Notes under the pieces: generated by a model
What the model saw: the letters and a program-made list of their open reading frames with translations, nothing else
Databases searched by the model: none
What the model was told of the DNA's origin: nothing
Shown here: piece after piece, positions 8,911 through 18,244 of the stretch
How positions within the stretch are numbered: position 1 is the stretch's first letter
Layout of the letters: each line of letters begins with the position of its first letter
Made by a program: the position numbers and the translations under genes
Assembly (NCBI GenBank): GCA_965233585.1
Contig: CBDDTI010000747.1
Coordinates: forward strand, 928,001-992,000
Length of the DNA stretch: 64,000 nt
From: a bacterium
Lineage (GTDB): Bacteria > SAR324 > NAC60-12
Direction: 5' to 3'

Positions 8911-9864
8911 TTGAAGATGAAAAATTTTAATCAAATGGTGCGAGAGTTCCGCTTATCTATTGGTCAAAGTGTAGAAGGGCTTGCCTTATTGCTTGGTCTT
9001 TCTGCTGAAGACTATCAACGTCTTGAAGAAGACTGGGTTCCTCCTGATGATTTTTTACGCAAACTCTGTTCCTTATTTCAATGGAATTACCAAGAAACCC
9101 TTCAAAAAATACGTCTTTCTGGCTCGGGGACAAGTCAAAAAAAAACCTCTCCCGCCTCTGAATCAGTAGAATCTAAACCAAATACGTTTGCAGACATGTT
9201 GCGTACGTCTCGTGAAAAAGTAGGTCAACCCCCTGAAGCAATTGCTCTGCTGTTGAATATTCCCGTTGGTGAGTATTTAGAAATAGAGGCAGGAAAGACC
9301 CCTCCTGATTCATTATTGAGGCAAATTTGTTCACTTTTTAGTTGGAATTTTTTACAAGTGCAACGCAAATTGATGAGTCAAACGACATCAGTTTTTACAA
9401 ATTTACCAATCCATTCTAAATCTCAACTCAATAAAAAACCCCCTCCTGCCCTCACGTTAGAAGCGCCAGAGTCTGAGACACTTGGGCAACGTTTGACAAA
9501 AGCACGTGAGAATTTTGGGCAATCTGTGGAAGGGATTGCTTTGTTGCTGAATCTTTCACCTGATGAATATGCAGAATTAGAACAAGGCAAAATGCCTGAT
9601 ACAGAATTGCTGAAACGGATTGCCGCATTGTTCCGTTGGAACTACAACGAGCTTCAACTGCTTGTCAGAAATACCAATGCTCACCAAATGCAACCTAGTG
9701 TGACGCAACTTCAAAAATTACAAGGACCTCGCGATGGAAAGTTTCAAGCAATACTTGAGGATTTGCAAAAGTCATGGGGTTTTCTTTCTACGCAACAACA
9801 AGATATGTTGCTCACTCAATTAGAAATTTTACGTGATACAGCACAACGATTCATTGCCAAGTAG
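8911..9864 (+). CDS. Protein with three tandem XRE-type helix-turn-helix domains
   Basis: Three copies of R...GQS.E.IALLL.....Y..LE.G..P...LL..I..LF.WN. Confidence 0.7.
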   Translation: MKMKNFNQMVREFRLSIGQSVEGLALLLGLSAEDYQRLEEDWVPPDDFLRKLCSLFQWNYQETLQKIRLSGSGTSQKKTSPASESVESKPNTFADMLRTSREKVGQPPEAIALLLNIPVGEYLEIEAGKTPPDSLLRQICSLFSWNFLQVQRKLMSQTTSVFTNLPIHSKSQLNKKPPPALTLEAPESETLGQRLTKARENFGQSVEGIALLLNLSPDEYAELEQGKMPDTELLKRIAALFRWNYNELQLLVRNTNAHQMQPSVTQLQKLQGPRDGKFQAILEDLQKSWGFLSTQQQDMLLTQLEILRDTAQRFIAK

Positions 9865-9868
9865 GGAA

Positions 9869-10411
9869 TTATTTTTGTTGGGTAGCTTGAGTGGCGATGC
9901 CTTGTTGTTGAGGATTGGGAAGAGCTTGTTGAGGCGTGATGCCTTGCTTTGTTGCTTGGGTTTGCATCAGGTTTTGATAATTTTGGTAGGCTTCATGGGC
10001 GTCTGTGTCTTCCCCCAGTTGATAATGAGCTAATGCAAGATTGTAATACGTTTCAGGAGCTTTTTTGGCAAATTGCAATGAACGTTTGAATGCTGTTTTT
10101 GCTTCCACATAGAGTTCTGCATGGTAGTAGGCTAACCCTAAGTTGTAATGAAATTCTGCAGAACTGGGGTCAATTTGAACGGCTTTTCTGTAATTGACAA
10201 CGGCATCGTGATAAATTCCACGACTTAATGCCTCGTTGCCTTTTTTAAAGTATTTGAGTGCAGAATTGTAAATTCGCAGTCTGTCTTGCAAGGTTGGAGA
10301 ACAATTTGCAAGGAACGTTACAAATAAGAGCAAAGTCAAAAAAGGCTTGGATTTTTGAAAAAACATCATTTTTATTTTTTGTTGGAGTGGTCTATGCGTT
10401 TGTTGATGCAC
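9869..10411 (-). CDS. TPR-repeat lipoprotein (true start probably near 10370)
   Basis: FLANC lipobox; TPR motifs AEFHYNLGLAYY and PETYYNLALAHY; Gln-rich tail. Confidence 0.8.
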   Translation of the reverse strand: MHQQTHRPLQQKIKMMFFQKSKPFLTLLLFVTFLANCSPTLQDRLRIYNSALKYFKKGNEALSRGIYHDAVVNYRKAVQIDPSSAEFHYNLGLAYYHAELYVEAKTAFKRSLQFAKKAPETYYNLALAHYQLGEDTDAHEAYQNYQNLMQTQATKQGITPQQALPNPQQQGIATQATQQK

Positions 10412-10807
10412 AATCTGTTCATTTTAAGCAGGAATTTGAAATTATTTTTCAAGAGTGCCTTGCTGTGCCTTGTGATGACGTTTTCAAGCTATCTTGCTTT
10501 TGGTCAGGAACAAGCAGAATTGCTAAAAGAAATGCAACGTTATCTTGATGTTGCAAGAGAAGCAGGGTTTACAGAAGAAGAACTAAAGGGGGTGACGATT
10601 GAACGAAATGGTGAAGTCATCAATGTCTGGCAATATATTCAAAATGAATTAGAGAGGCAAAAACGTCTTGAACAAGAACAAAATCAAGCTAGCAATAAGT
10701 TATACCTCAATGCTGATGATGTTCGTGAAGATTTACGAGACCAACAACCTTCACAAATTCGCAAACTTCGTCAAAAACTGATTTTAACAGGCAAGCAAGA
10801 AAAGTGA
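10394..10807 (+). CDS. Exported hypothetical protein (start uncertain)
   Basis: Signal-peptide-like segment (SYLAFG), helical body; stop overlaps the start of the next gene. Confidence 0.55.
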   Translation: MRLLMHNLFILSRNLKLFFKSALLCLVMTFSSYLAFGQEQAELLKEMQRYLDVAREAGFTEEELKGVTIERNGEVINVWQYIQNELERQKRLEQEQNQASNKLYLNADDVREDLRDQQPSQIRKLRQKLILTGKQEK

Positions 10808-11499
10808 GCAAATTACTTTATTTAGGGGGGGCAAAAGGAGTTGGCAAAACCTTCACTATTCTAGGGTTGCTTGAGTTAGCTCACAAGTCATTTGTCGCAT
10901 TCAAGGCGATTCAAACGGGGGCAGTTTTAATGAATGCCAAAGACCAACAGACAGAAAGCGAGTTGTATGCCGTTTCATCGCCATTTCATCAAACTTGTTT
11001 GAATCCTTACCAGTTTAACGAAGCACTTTCGCCTGTTTTTGCAGGGTTGCGTGATGGAATTTGTCCAAAACTACAAGTCATCACAACGCAACTTCAGCAC
11101 CTTCAATCCCAATTTAAAACAGTCCTGATTGAAAGTTCTGCGGCTTTATGTTCTCCATTGACACAAGACATCACAGAATTAGAATGGCTGAAAACATTGG
11201 AGGCAAGAATCATTTGGGTTTGTGGGATAGGAGAACATTGGTTGAATGGCGCTTTGATGGAATTGCATATTCTGGAAAAGGAAGGCTTGATGCCCAGTTT
11301 AATCATCTTGACTAACCCAAACAAAACACATGATGCCAATCTCATTCATTACTGTTGGCAAACATTACAGGAACGAATAGACTCCCCCATTTTAGGCGTG
11401 ATTCGTCACATTTCATCAGGATTGAAAAACCCCAAAGCCGTTGCAACCCTTCTCAATGAGCAAATCTCTAATGACTTGAAAAAGCATTTGTTTTTTTGA
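10804..11499 (+). CDS. Dethiobiotin synthase-like (BioD family) P-loop protein, divergent
   Basis: GVGKT P-loop, FKAIQTG, LNPYQF...LSP; the canonical EGAGG reads ESSAA. Confidence 0.6.
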   Translation: MSKLLYLGGAKGVGKTFTILGLLELAHKSFVAFKAIQTGAVLMNAKDQQTESELYAVSSPFHQTCLNPYQFNEALSPVFAGLRDGICPKLQVITTQLQHLQSQFKTVLIESSAALCSPLTQDITELEWLKTLEARIIWVCGIGEHWLNGALMELHILEKEGLMPSLIILTNPNKTHDANLIHYCWQTLQERIDSPILGVIRHISSGLKNPKAVATLLNEQISNDLKKHLFF

Positions 11500-11585
11500 G
11501 AACATCGTTAAATGATCAGTGAGAGTTGATTATTTCGCTTGCTTTGACGAGCAATGGCACAGGTAAGGACTACCCCGTCAGGCGG

Positions 11586-12357
11586 GGCAGTGTTTAGTTG
11601 GTATTGTCATTGCATGTGAGAGTGAATTTGAGGAATGGAAATGAGAAGTTGTCATCATTGTGGGAGTCAGACTTATATCAAGAATGGAAGTTACAAAGGG
11701 GTTCAGAGGTATCGTTGCAAGTCATGTCAGAGAGCATTCACCTCAAATGGTTTGAGAATCCCACTAGAGACCAAGCGTCAAGCCTTAGAGATGTATGTCA
11801 ATAGTGTAGGCATCAGAAAGATCGCTCGTTTTTTGCAGGTGTCTCCCGCTTCAATTGTCAACTGGATCAAAAAAGCTAGAGTGTCTCAACTTCCAAAAGA
11901 CGCACCAAGTTTCCATGCACAAGTAGATAGTATAGAGATGGATGAGATCTACACTTTTGTTCAAAAAAAAGCCAAAGAGTAGCTGTTTGGACAGCCTATT
12001 CTCGTCAAGAACAATGTGTGATTGCCTTTGTGATAGGCAAAGGATTAGTAGCTGTGCGAAAGCTGTATGCACTAGTCAAAGAACAGCGACCTAGAATGAA
12101 GACGATCTATACCGATGCCAACTCATGCTATCAAGTGGCATTTGCTCAATGACAAATTCCAGAGAACCACGAAATAGGCAAAAAAAGACTCATCTCATTG
12201 AATCTTCTAATTCTTCCATCAGAGATAACCTAGCTCGCTTGATGAGAAAATCTAAACGACATTCCAAAACTTTGGACATGCTGGAACTCTCTCTCAAACT
12301 CTTCTTTGACTATAAAAGACTTGAAAAATATCATGCCAACAACAAGTGAACACTGCC
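11586..12357 (+). mobile_element. IS1-family insertion sequence, 772 bp, inactivated
   Basis: Imperfect terminal IRs GGCAGTGTTTAGTTGGTATTGTCAT / reverse complement GGCAGTGTTCACTTGTTGTTGGCAT; InsA zinc-ribbon and HTH; A8 slippery run at 11963-11970. Confidence 0.9.
11635..12349 (+). pseudogene. IS1 InsAB transposase pseudogene
   Basis: After the -1 shift the InsB frame reads ...VAVWTAYSR...IYTDANSCYQVAFAQ* (TGA at 12150-12152); the conserved tail THLIESSNSSIRDNLARLMRKSKRHSK is in another frame. Confidence 0.8.
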
Positions 12358-12369
12358 GTTTTCACAAGG

Positions 12370-12719
12370 GTGACGTTCTTTCGCTCCGAATGACAAGGAG
12401 ACGCACGCAATGACCAAACCAAGCATGGATTCCTGCCTTCGCAGGAATGACAAGGAGACGCACGAAAGTCACAACGTAGGGACAAACCCAAGTGTTTGTC
12501 CTGTATTTGAAGAAGAATGAGATTGCGGGTCAGGTCCCCAATGACGAATGGTCAAGGTGAGCAATGACAAGGAGACGATGGAATAACGAAAAGACACGCC
12601 TGCAAAATTCCTCTGTCATTCCGCACTTGACACGGAATCTAAAAAAACAAGGGTGAGAGCAGAACGAGAAAGAAAACAAAAGAAAAAAACAGATTGTGTG
12701 GCAAGGTGAGCAATGAAAA
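12370..12719 (-). repeat. Palindrome array (GTCATT family plus one GTAG-type REP at 12476)
   Basis: ggattcctgccttcgcaggaatgac, gattgcgggtcaggtccccaatgac, gtcattccgcacttgacacggaatc, tcaaggtgagcaatgac. Confidence 0.9.
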
Positions 12720-13406
12720 TCAAGGTTCAATGATTTTGATTTGGTCTGCTTCAGGTTGCAGGAGGTAAACTCCTTTGGCTTTGGCATGAGAGATGAGATG
12801 TTCTGGAATGCTTTGGCAGGCAAGTCCCAGATGAATTTGAAAATCTTGATACTGAGGAAAAACAACAGGGAAAGTTTCTTTGTGCCTGAACACTTGGTCA
12901 AAGTCATCAAGACGTAGTTTGTGCTTCACTTCTACAATGAAGATGTGAGAACGATTATAAAAAACAACGTCATACTGCCCAACTACTTTCTCAAATCTTC
13001 CCTTCACATTTTTATCTACAGAATCATAAGCAACCCCACCAATCATGATAAATCCTTTTTCTTCTATCTCTCTTTGACCAGTACGATAGTAAGCGTCTTC
13101 CTGTATGTCGCTTTCTACCGTGATGTAACTTTCCAGCTTCTTGTTGCTTTCTTTTCTCAATCGTCTTTCTTCCTTCATTTCTTTTTCCCAAGCGGCATCG
13201 CGTTCTTGCATCTGCTTCTCCCAAGCGGCATTGCGTTCTACTCTTTCTTTCTCCCAAGCGGCATTGCGTTCTACTCTTTCTTTTTCCCATCTAGCACTGG
13301 ACTCTTGCTGTTGTTTTGCAAATTCTTCTTGTTGTTTTGCAAATTCTTCTTGCCTTTGTGTAATTCTATCTAAAGTTGCCCAAATCTCGTCAAATCTTTC
13401 ACTCAT
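12720..13406 (-). CDS. Coiled-coil protein with C-terminal PD-(D/E)XK-like domain (DUF3782-like)
   Basis: N-terminal repeats QEEFAKQ x2 and RNAAWEKERVE-like x3; C-terminal QYDVV...IFIVEVKHKL...A.AKGVYLL. Confidence 0.6.
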   Translation of the reverse strand: MSERFDEIWATLDRITQRQEEFAKQQEEFAKQQQESSARWEKERVERNAAWEKERVERNAAWEKQMQERDAAWEKEMKEERRLRKESNKKLESYITVESDIQEDAYYRTGQREIEEKGFIMIGGVAYDSVDKNVKGRFEKVVGQYDVVFYNRSHIFIVEVKHKLRLDDFDQVFRHKETFPVVFPQYQDFQIHLGLACQSIPEHLISHAKAKGVYLLQPEADQIKIIEP

Positions 13407-13504
13407 CTTCGTCTCCTTAAATTCAAAATCTACAAGATAAAATATCTAGTCTAGCAGATTTTTGAGAAAAAGAGTGAGAAAGAAAACAAAAGAAGAGTGA
13501 AAAA

Positions 13505-14160
13505 AAACAGATTGCGGGTCAAGCACGTGATGACAAGGAGACGCCCGCAAGTCACAACGTAGGGACAAACCCAAGTGTTTGTCCTGTGTTTGAAGAAGAA
13601 TGAGATTGCGGGTCAGGTCCCCCAATGACGGAAAAACAAGCCAGCAGGTGATGGTGTAGGGACAAACCCAAGTGTTTGTCCTGCGTTTGAAGAAGAATGA
13701 GATTGCGGGTCAGGTCCCCCAGACGAATGGTCAAGGTCAGCAATGACGAGAACACGCACGCAAGTCACAACGTAGGGACAAACCCAAGTGTTTGTCCTGT
13801 GTTTGAAGAAGAATGAGATTGCGGGTCAGGTCCCCCAGACGAATGGTCAAGGTCAGCAATGACAAGAACACGCACGCAAGTCACAACGTAGGGACAAACC
13901 CAAGTGTTTGTCCTGTGTTTGAAGAAGAATGAGATTGCGGGTCAGGTCCCCCAATGACGGAAAAACAAGCCAGCAGGTGATGGTGTAGGGACAAACCCAA
14001 GTGTTTGTCCTGTGTTTTAAGAAAAAAAGAAGAGATTGCGGGTCAAGCACGTGATGACAAGAACACGCACGCAAGTCAAAACGTAGGGACAAACCCAAGT
14101 GTTTGTCCTGTGTTTTAAGAAAAAAAGAAGAGATTGCGGGTCAGGTCCCCAATGACGAAA
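13505..14160. repeat. BIME-like mosaic array: six GTAG-type REPs alternating with GTCATT-family palindromes
   Basis: GTAGGGACAAACCCAAGTGTTTGTCCT at 13559, 13656, 13772, 13888, 13985 and 14083; the intervening sequences are themselves repeated and contain gattgcgggtcag/aag. Confidence 0.92.
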
Positions 14161-14276
14161 AGCAAACTACAATGAGGAAAGGAAACCACCCCGTCAGGCG
14201 TTGCCTGCCAGCAACAAGCCTCTGGTTTGTTGACCTTCACAGAAGGGGAATTGAAACGTCCAACCTAAAAAAACAA

Positions 14277-17200
14277 CTACGAACGGTCAGGAATTTCCAC
14301 ACCGCACAGGTAGTAAAAGAATGTATGAGGTTGGTAGCTTCTGTCAAAAGTAGTTTCTGTGCCACTTACAATGTTTCTAACCTTGGTTCTTGATCCGACA
14401 TTGTCAACCAAATAATGATAGGTACTGGGACCAGAAGCTAATATATCTTTAGCCAGTGTTCTGCCTCCACCAGAGGTGGTTTCAGGCATGAAGTTGTCAG
14501 AATTGACATTTTGGAAATCAAACATGGTTTTGCAAGCGTTGGCATCATAAGCTGGTACGTTAGATCCTTCGTTGCGATAGAACCAGAGTTTGCCGTCTTT
14601 GTCCAGATGGAAGTCATCACCTTTGAGCTTGGCGAATCCTCCAACATCAAACTCTTTGATGGCATTGGTAGAGTCATGGGTTTCGTTGTTGGTGGTGAAT
14701 GACAGGACGTTGCCAGCGACGTCTTTGAGCGGTTTCGCACCGATGCTGGTCATCATTCCGATTTGATAAGTGACGTTGAGCTTCCAAGTTTCTTTGGGAA
14801 TGACAACATGATTCCTACCACCTTTTTTGACAAAGACAGCATCGCAGTTGACAAAGCCATCAGCAGAGACCAGCAAGGTGTTTGCCCTTGTAGAGCAAGC
14901 ACCTCTGGTGCTTTGAGAAAACAATGTGTGACTGGTGTCTAACTTCAAAACAGAACGTCCGTAGGCTTTGCCTGCTGAATCTTGCATCTTGGACACAACA
15001 CTTGCGTTAGCAGAAACCCAGACATCGTTTTTATTGCCTCCATCAATTCCTCCGATGACCCACATTTTATTGTTGAAAATTAACGTTTGATGAGAATGGC
15101 GAGCCGACCAGCCTACTGAAACAGTACTTTGAGTCCAATTCACGCCATCGCTAGAAGACCAGACATCGTTTTTGCGACCGCCAGCATCTCCACCTAGCAC
15201 CCACATTTTGCCATTGAACTCCACACTTCTATGACTATTACGACCCGACCAGCCTGCTGAATCAGTGGACCTTGTCCAATTCACACCATCGCTAGAAGAC
15301 CAGACATCGTTTTTATTGCTTCCATCAGAGCCACCTAGCACCCAGATTTTTTTATTGAACACCACACTGCTATGCCCGTAACGTGCTGACCAGCCTGCTG
15401 AATCAGTCGCTTTTGTCCAAGTGCCTCCATCGCTAGAAGACCAGACATCGTTTTTGCGACCGCCATCATAGCCACCTAGCACCCACATTTTATTGTTGAA
15501 CACCACGCTATTATGTCCCTGGCGAGCCGACCAGCCTGCTGAATTTGTGGCTCTTGTCCAAGTGCTGCCATCAGCAGAAGACCAGACATCGTTTTTATTG
15601 CTTCCATCAGAGCCACCTAGCACCCACATTTTATTGTTGAACACCACACTGCTATGAAAACCGCGAGCAAGCCATCTTGCTGAATTTGTGGCTCTTGTCC
15701 AAGTGCTGCCATCAGCAGAAGACCAGACATCGTTTTTACTGCTTCCATCATAGCCACCTAGCACCCACATTTTGCCATTGAACACCACACTGCTATGCCC
15801 GTAACGTGCTGACCAGCCTGCTGAGTTTGTGAGTTTTGTCCAGCTTATATCAATCTTGACAAGAGAACTTGCGGCAGACAAGGCAGAACAACCTGCGATA
15901 TTGCAACCCTTCACTCTGTAATAGTAGGAGTCTGCTGGTAGGTCATGCTGTCCATAAGTCGTGGCGGTTGTTGTTGTAGTGGCAACTTGAAAAGCAGAGG
16001 CTGTTGTTGTAGTGGCTTGATACAATTCGTAACTGGTAGCACCTGCCAATGCAGTCCATTCTACTTTGACAGAATCAATGGCTTCTTTGTTGGCATTGGT
16101 GATGGTAGGCGCTGCTGGCAAGGGTTGCAGTTGCACAGAGGCGACTGCTGGAATAGACTCAGCATCTGCAGTGGTGGCAACGACTTCGTAGCCATAGATC
16201 TTGCCTGCTGTTAAGCCTGAATCTGTCCAGTGAGTTGTGTTGGCATCGTTGATTGTTTGAACAACCTCCCAGCTTGCACCTGACTTTTGACGAGAGATTT
16301 GGTAACCCGTGATGCTCGCTAGTCCACTGGGTTTCTGCCAGCTGACCTTGATTTTTGTTTGTGAACCAGACACTTGAACAGCAGAAGCCACAGGTGCTAG
16401 ATTGATCCCTGCTTTGATGACTTGTGAGCTTTGAGAACAATTTTGACTACTAGCATTGCAGACTTCAATCTTGTAAGAATAAGAGCTTGTAGTCCCCAAT
16501 CCGTCATCTTGCCAAGGAGCTGTTTTGTTGGAGAAGCGATTCCATTGAGAGCTTGAATCTTGTTTGCGATGAATGTTGTATTGCCTGTTTGGCAAGGATT
16601 GCCAATTCAATAACACTTCTGTCAAAGACAGCATGCTTGCGTCAAGTTGTGGGGGTCTCAAAGAAGGTTCTACCTCACAGGCGTTCCCTATCTTCTGAAA
16701 GACCGCACCCGTCATGTTCTGGTATTTGACACCTGCCAGAGCATCGCAACCTGTCGCAGTCTGGTAGCTGTAACTTCCATTGTTTTTAAGAGAAAAATGT
16801 TGCTGATTGTTGACTTGTTTGATTTCTGACAAGTTGACCTGCAAGCTCATAGTGGAGGCAGGCAGTGACATTTGAGAAGTTTCAAAAGACAGCTGGTTGC
16901 TTTGGCTTATTCCAAATGGAGTCGGGGCTTGGTCTGCCACTTCACGGACTCCCAAAAAGTAACCATTCCCCCAATCCCATTCTTGCTTGGGTAAGATTAG
17001 ATAGCCTTCAGCTGACTTGATGAGTTGAATCGCTTCACAAGTGCTGAAGTTGTCTTCAGAGACAAGCAACATTCCTTTTTGTTTGGAACACGCATGGCTG
17101 GCATCATACGGGGTTTGAGTCGCAACCAATGGCGTTTGAGTTTTCAAAAGCAAAGGACTAAGGGTGAAAGTCTTTTTGTCGCTGTCTTGAAGAGTTTGAA

Positions 17201-17987
17201 GTGTTGCAATCAAGAAGGGGTCGCAGTTGACTTGAAACTCTTGCATGGGCAGTTTTTCGCTTGTCTCTGGGTCTGCCGTTTTGACTTTCAAACTCACTTT
17301 GAGCTTTTTAACCTTGTCAGCATAGTCCATCAAGTCAAATTGCATGGCAGACTGACTCATTTCTCCTAGCATTGTTCCGTTGCCGTCATAGATTTGAAGG
17401 TCTGCCACATAGCCTCTGCTGCCGATGTTTGCAGTCTGTTCGCCAGACATAGACAGCTGAAAAGCACAACTTGACCCTGTGCTTCTTTGATGAGCAAGCT
17501 GTCCTGTGATAGGAAAATGCTTGCCTGCTGGTCTGATTTTGACCTTGACTTCTGTCACGCCTGATTCTCTAAACTGAAAACTCCCAGAAATCCCAGTTTG
17601 ATGCACTCCGTAACGCACGGATTCTGTGGCAGTGACGTCTTCTTCTTCATAACCTCTGACTTGAACAATCCAGTCCCCGCTGGTGTCTTCAAAGTCTAAT
17701 TTGGTGAAGTAATCATCATCAAGTCTGAGCACGCTCTTTGCCCTGTCAAATTCTTCTTTGAGAGGAAGCCCTGCTTGGTAGTCTTCTGCCTTAAAAAGCA
17801 GTGCATAGTTTGACCGAATCGTTGCCTTGTCCCACTTGGAAGAAGACGCACTTGAGTCTGAACCAATGGACAACTGAACACTTTCCTTGCCTCCTTCTGA
17901 ATTACAAGAAGACAACACCATCACACTTAACAACACACCGCCAACCAACTGCAAACGACTTTTGCATTCTTTAAAAAATTTCATCAA
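14277..17987 (-). CDS. Large surface lipoprotein: FN3 domains, six Kelch-like blades, two Ig-like repeats
   Basis: Lipobox VLSSC with an AGGAGG RBS; FN3 signatures (VSWQKP...WTDSGLTAGKIYGYEV; YYYRVKGCN); 6 x 47-aa WSAR..H.SVVFN.KMWVLGG repeats. Confidence 0.8.
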   Translation of the reverse strand: MMKFFKECKSRLQLVGGVLLSVMVLSSCNSEGGKESVQLSIGSDSSASSSKWDKATIRSNYALLFKAEDYQAGLPLKEEFDRAKSVLRLDDDYFTKLDFEDTSGDWIVQVRGYEEEDVTATESVRYGVHQTGISGSFQFRESGVTEVKVKIRPAGKHFPITGQLAHQRSTGSSCAFQLSMSGEQTANIGSRGYVADLQIYDGNGTMLGEMSQSAMQFDLMDYADKVKKLKVSLKVKTADPETSEKLPMQEFQVNCDPFLIATLQTLQDSDKKTFTLSPLLLKTQTPLVATQTPYDASHACSKQKGMLLVSEDNFSTCEAIQLIKSAEGYLILPKQEWDWGNGYFLGVREVADQAPTPFGISQSNQLSFETSQMSLPASTMSLQVNLSEIKQVNNQQHFSLKNNGSYSYQTATGCDALAGVKYQNMTGAVFQKIGNACEVEPSLRPPQLDASMLSLTEVLLNWQSLPNRQYNIHRKQDSSSQWNRFSNKTAPWQDDGLGTTSSYSYKIEVCNASSQNCSQSSQVIKAGINLAPVASAVQVSGSQTKIKVSWQKPSGLASITGYQISRQKSGASWEVVQTINDANTTHWTDSGLTAGKIYGYEVVATTADAESIPAVASVQLQPLPAAPTITNANKEAIDSVKVEWTALAGATSYELYQATTTTASAFQVATTTTTATTYGQHDLPADSYYYRVKGCNIAGCSALSAASSLVKIDISWTKLTNSAGWSARYGHSSVVFNGKMWVLGGYDGSSKNDVWSSADGSTWTRATNSARWLARGFHSSVVFNNKMWVLGGSDGSNKNDVWSSADGSTWTRATNSAGWSARQGHNSVVFNNKMWVLGGYDGGRKNDVWSSSDGGTWTKATDSAGWSARYGHSSVVFNKKIWVLGGSDGSNKNDVWSSSDGVNWTRSTDSAGWSGRNSHRSVEFNGKMWVLGGDAGGRKNDVWSSSDGVNWTQSTVSVGWSARHSHQTLIFNNKMWVIGGIDGGNKNDVWVSANASVVSKMQDSAGKAYGRSVLKLDTSHTLFSQSTRGACSTRANTLLVSADGFVNCDAVFVKKGGRNHVVIPKETWKLNVTYQIGMMTSIGAKPLKDVAGNVLSFTTNNETHDSTNAIKEFDVGGFAKLKGDDFHLDKDGKLWFYRNEGSNVPAYDANACKTMFDFQNVNSDNFMPETTSGGGRTLAKDILASGPSTYHYLVDNVGSRTKVRNIVSGTETTFDRSYQPHTFFYYLCGVEIPDRS
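15010..15845 (-). repeat. Intragenic tandem repeat, 6 x 141 bp (47-aa Kelch-like blades)
   Basis: ccagacatcgtttt recurs with a 141-bp period. Confidence 0.9.
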
Positions 17988-18244
17988 AACCTCCTGCTCA
18001 ATCTAAAACACGAAAAAAGACAATTTATGACTCAATGAAAACAAAGGAAATGATACATGAAAAATAAGGGTTGTGCAAAGGAATTTTTAAGATGATGGTT
18101 TTTAATTTGCAGAAAGAAGAATTTGCATGGCTTCATTTTAGCTTGACTTTTGCTTCAATGAAGCAAAGAATTTGCGTGGTTTCATTGATCCAAATTTTGC
18201 ATTTCAATTTGGCTTAACTAACTCAATCTAGGTTTGTACATGCA

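Noticed and set aside
13559..14109. CRISPR array (27-bp repeat x6)
   Set aside because: Intervening sequences are 70-89 bp and are copies of each other rather than unique spacers; the repeat is a GTAG-type REP hairpin; no cas genes are in the window
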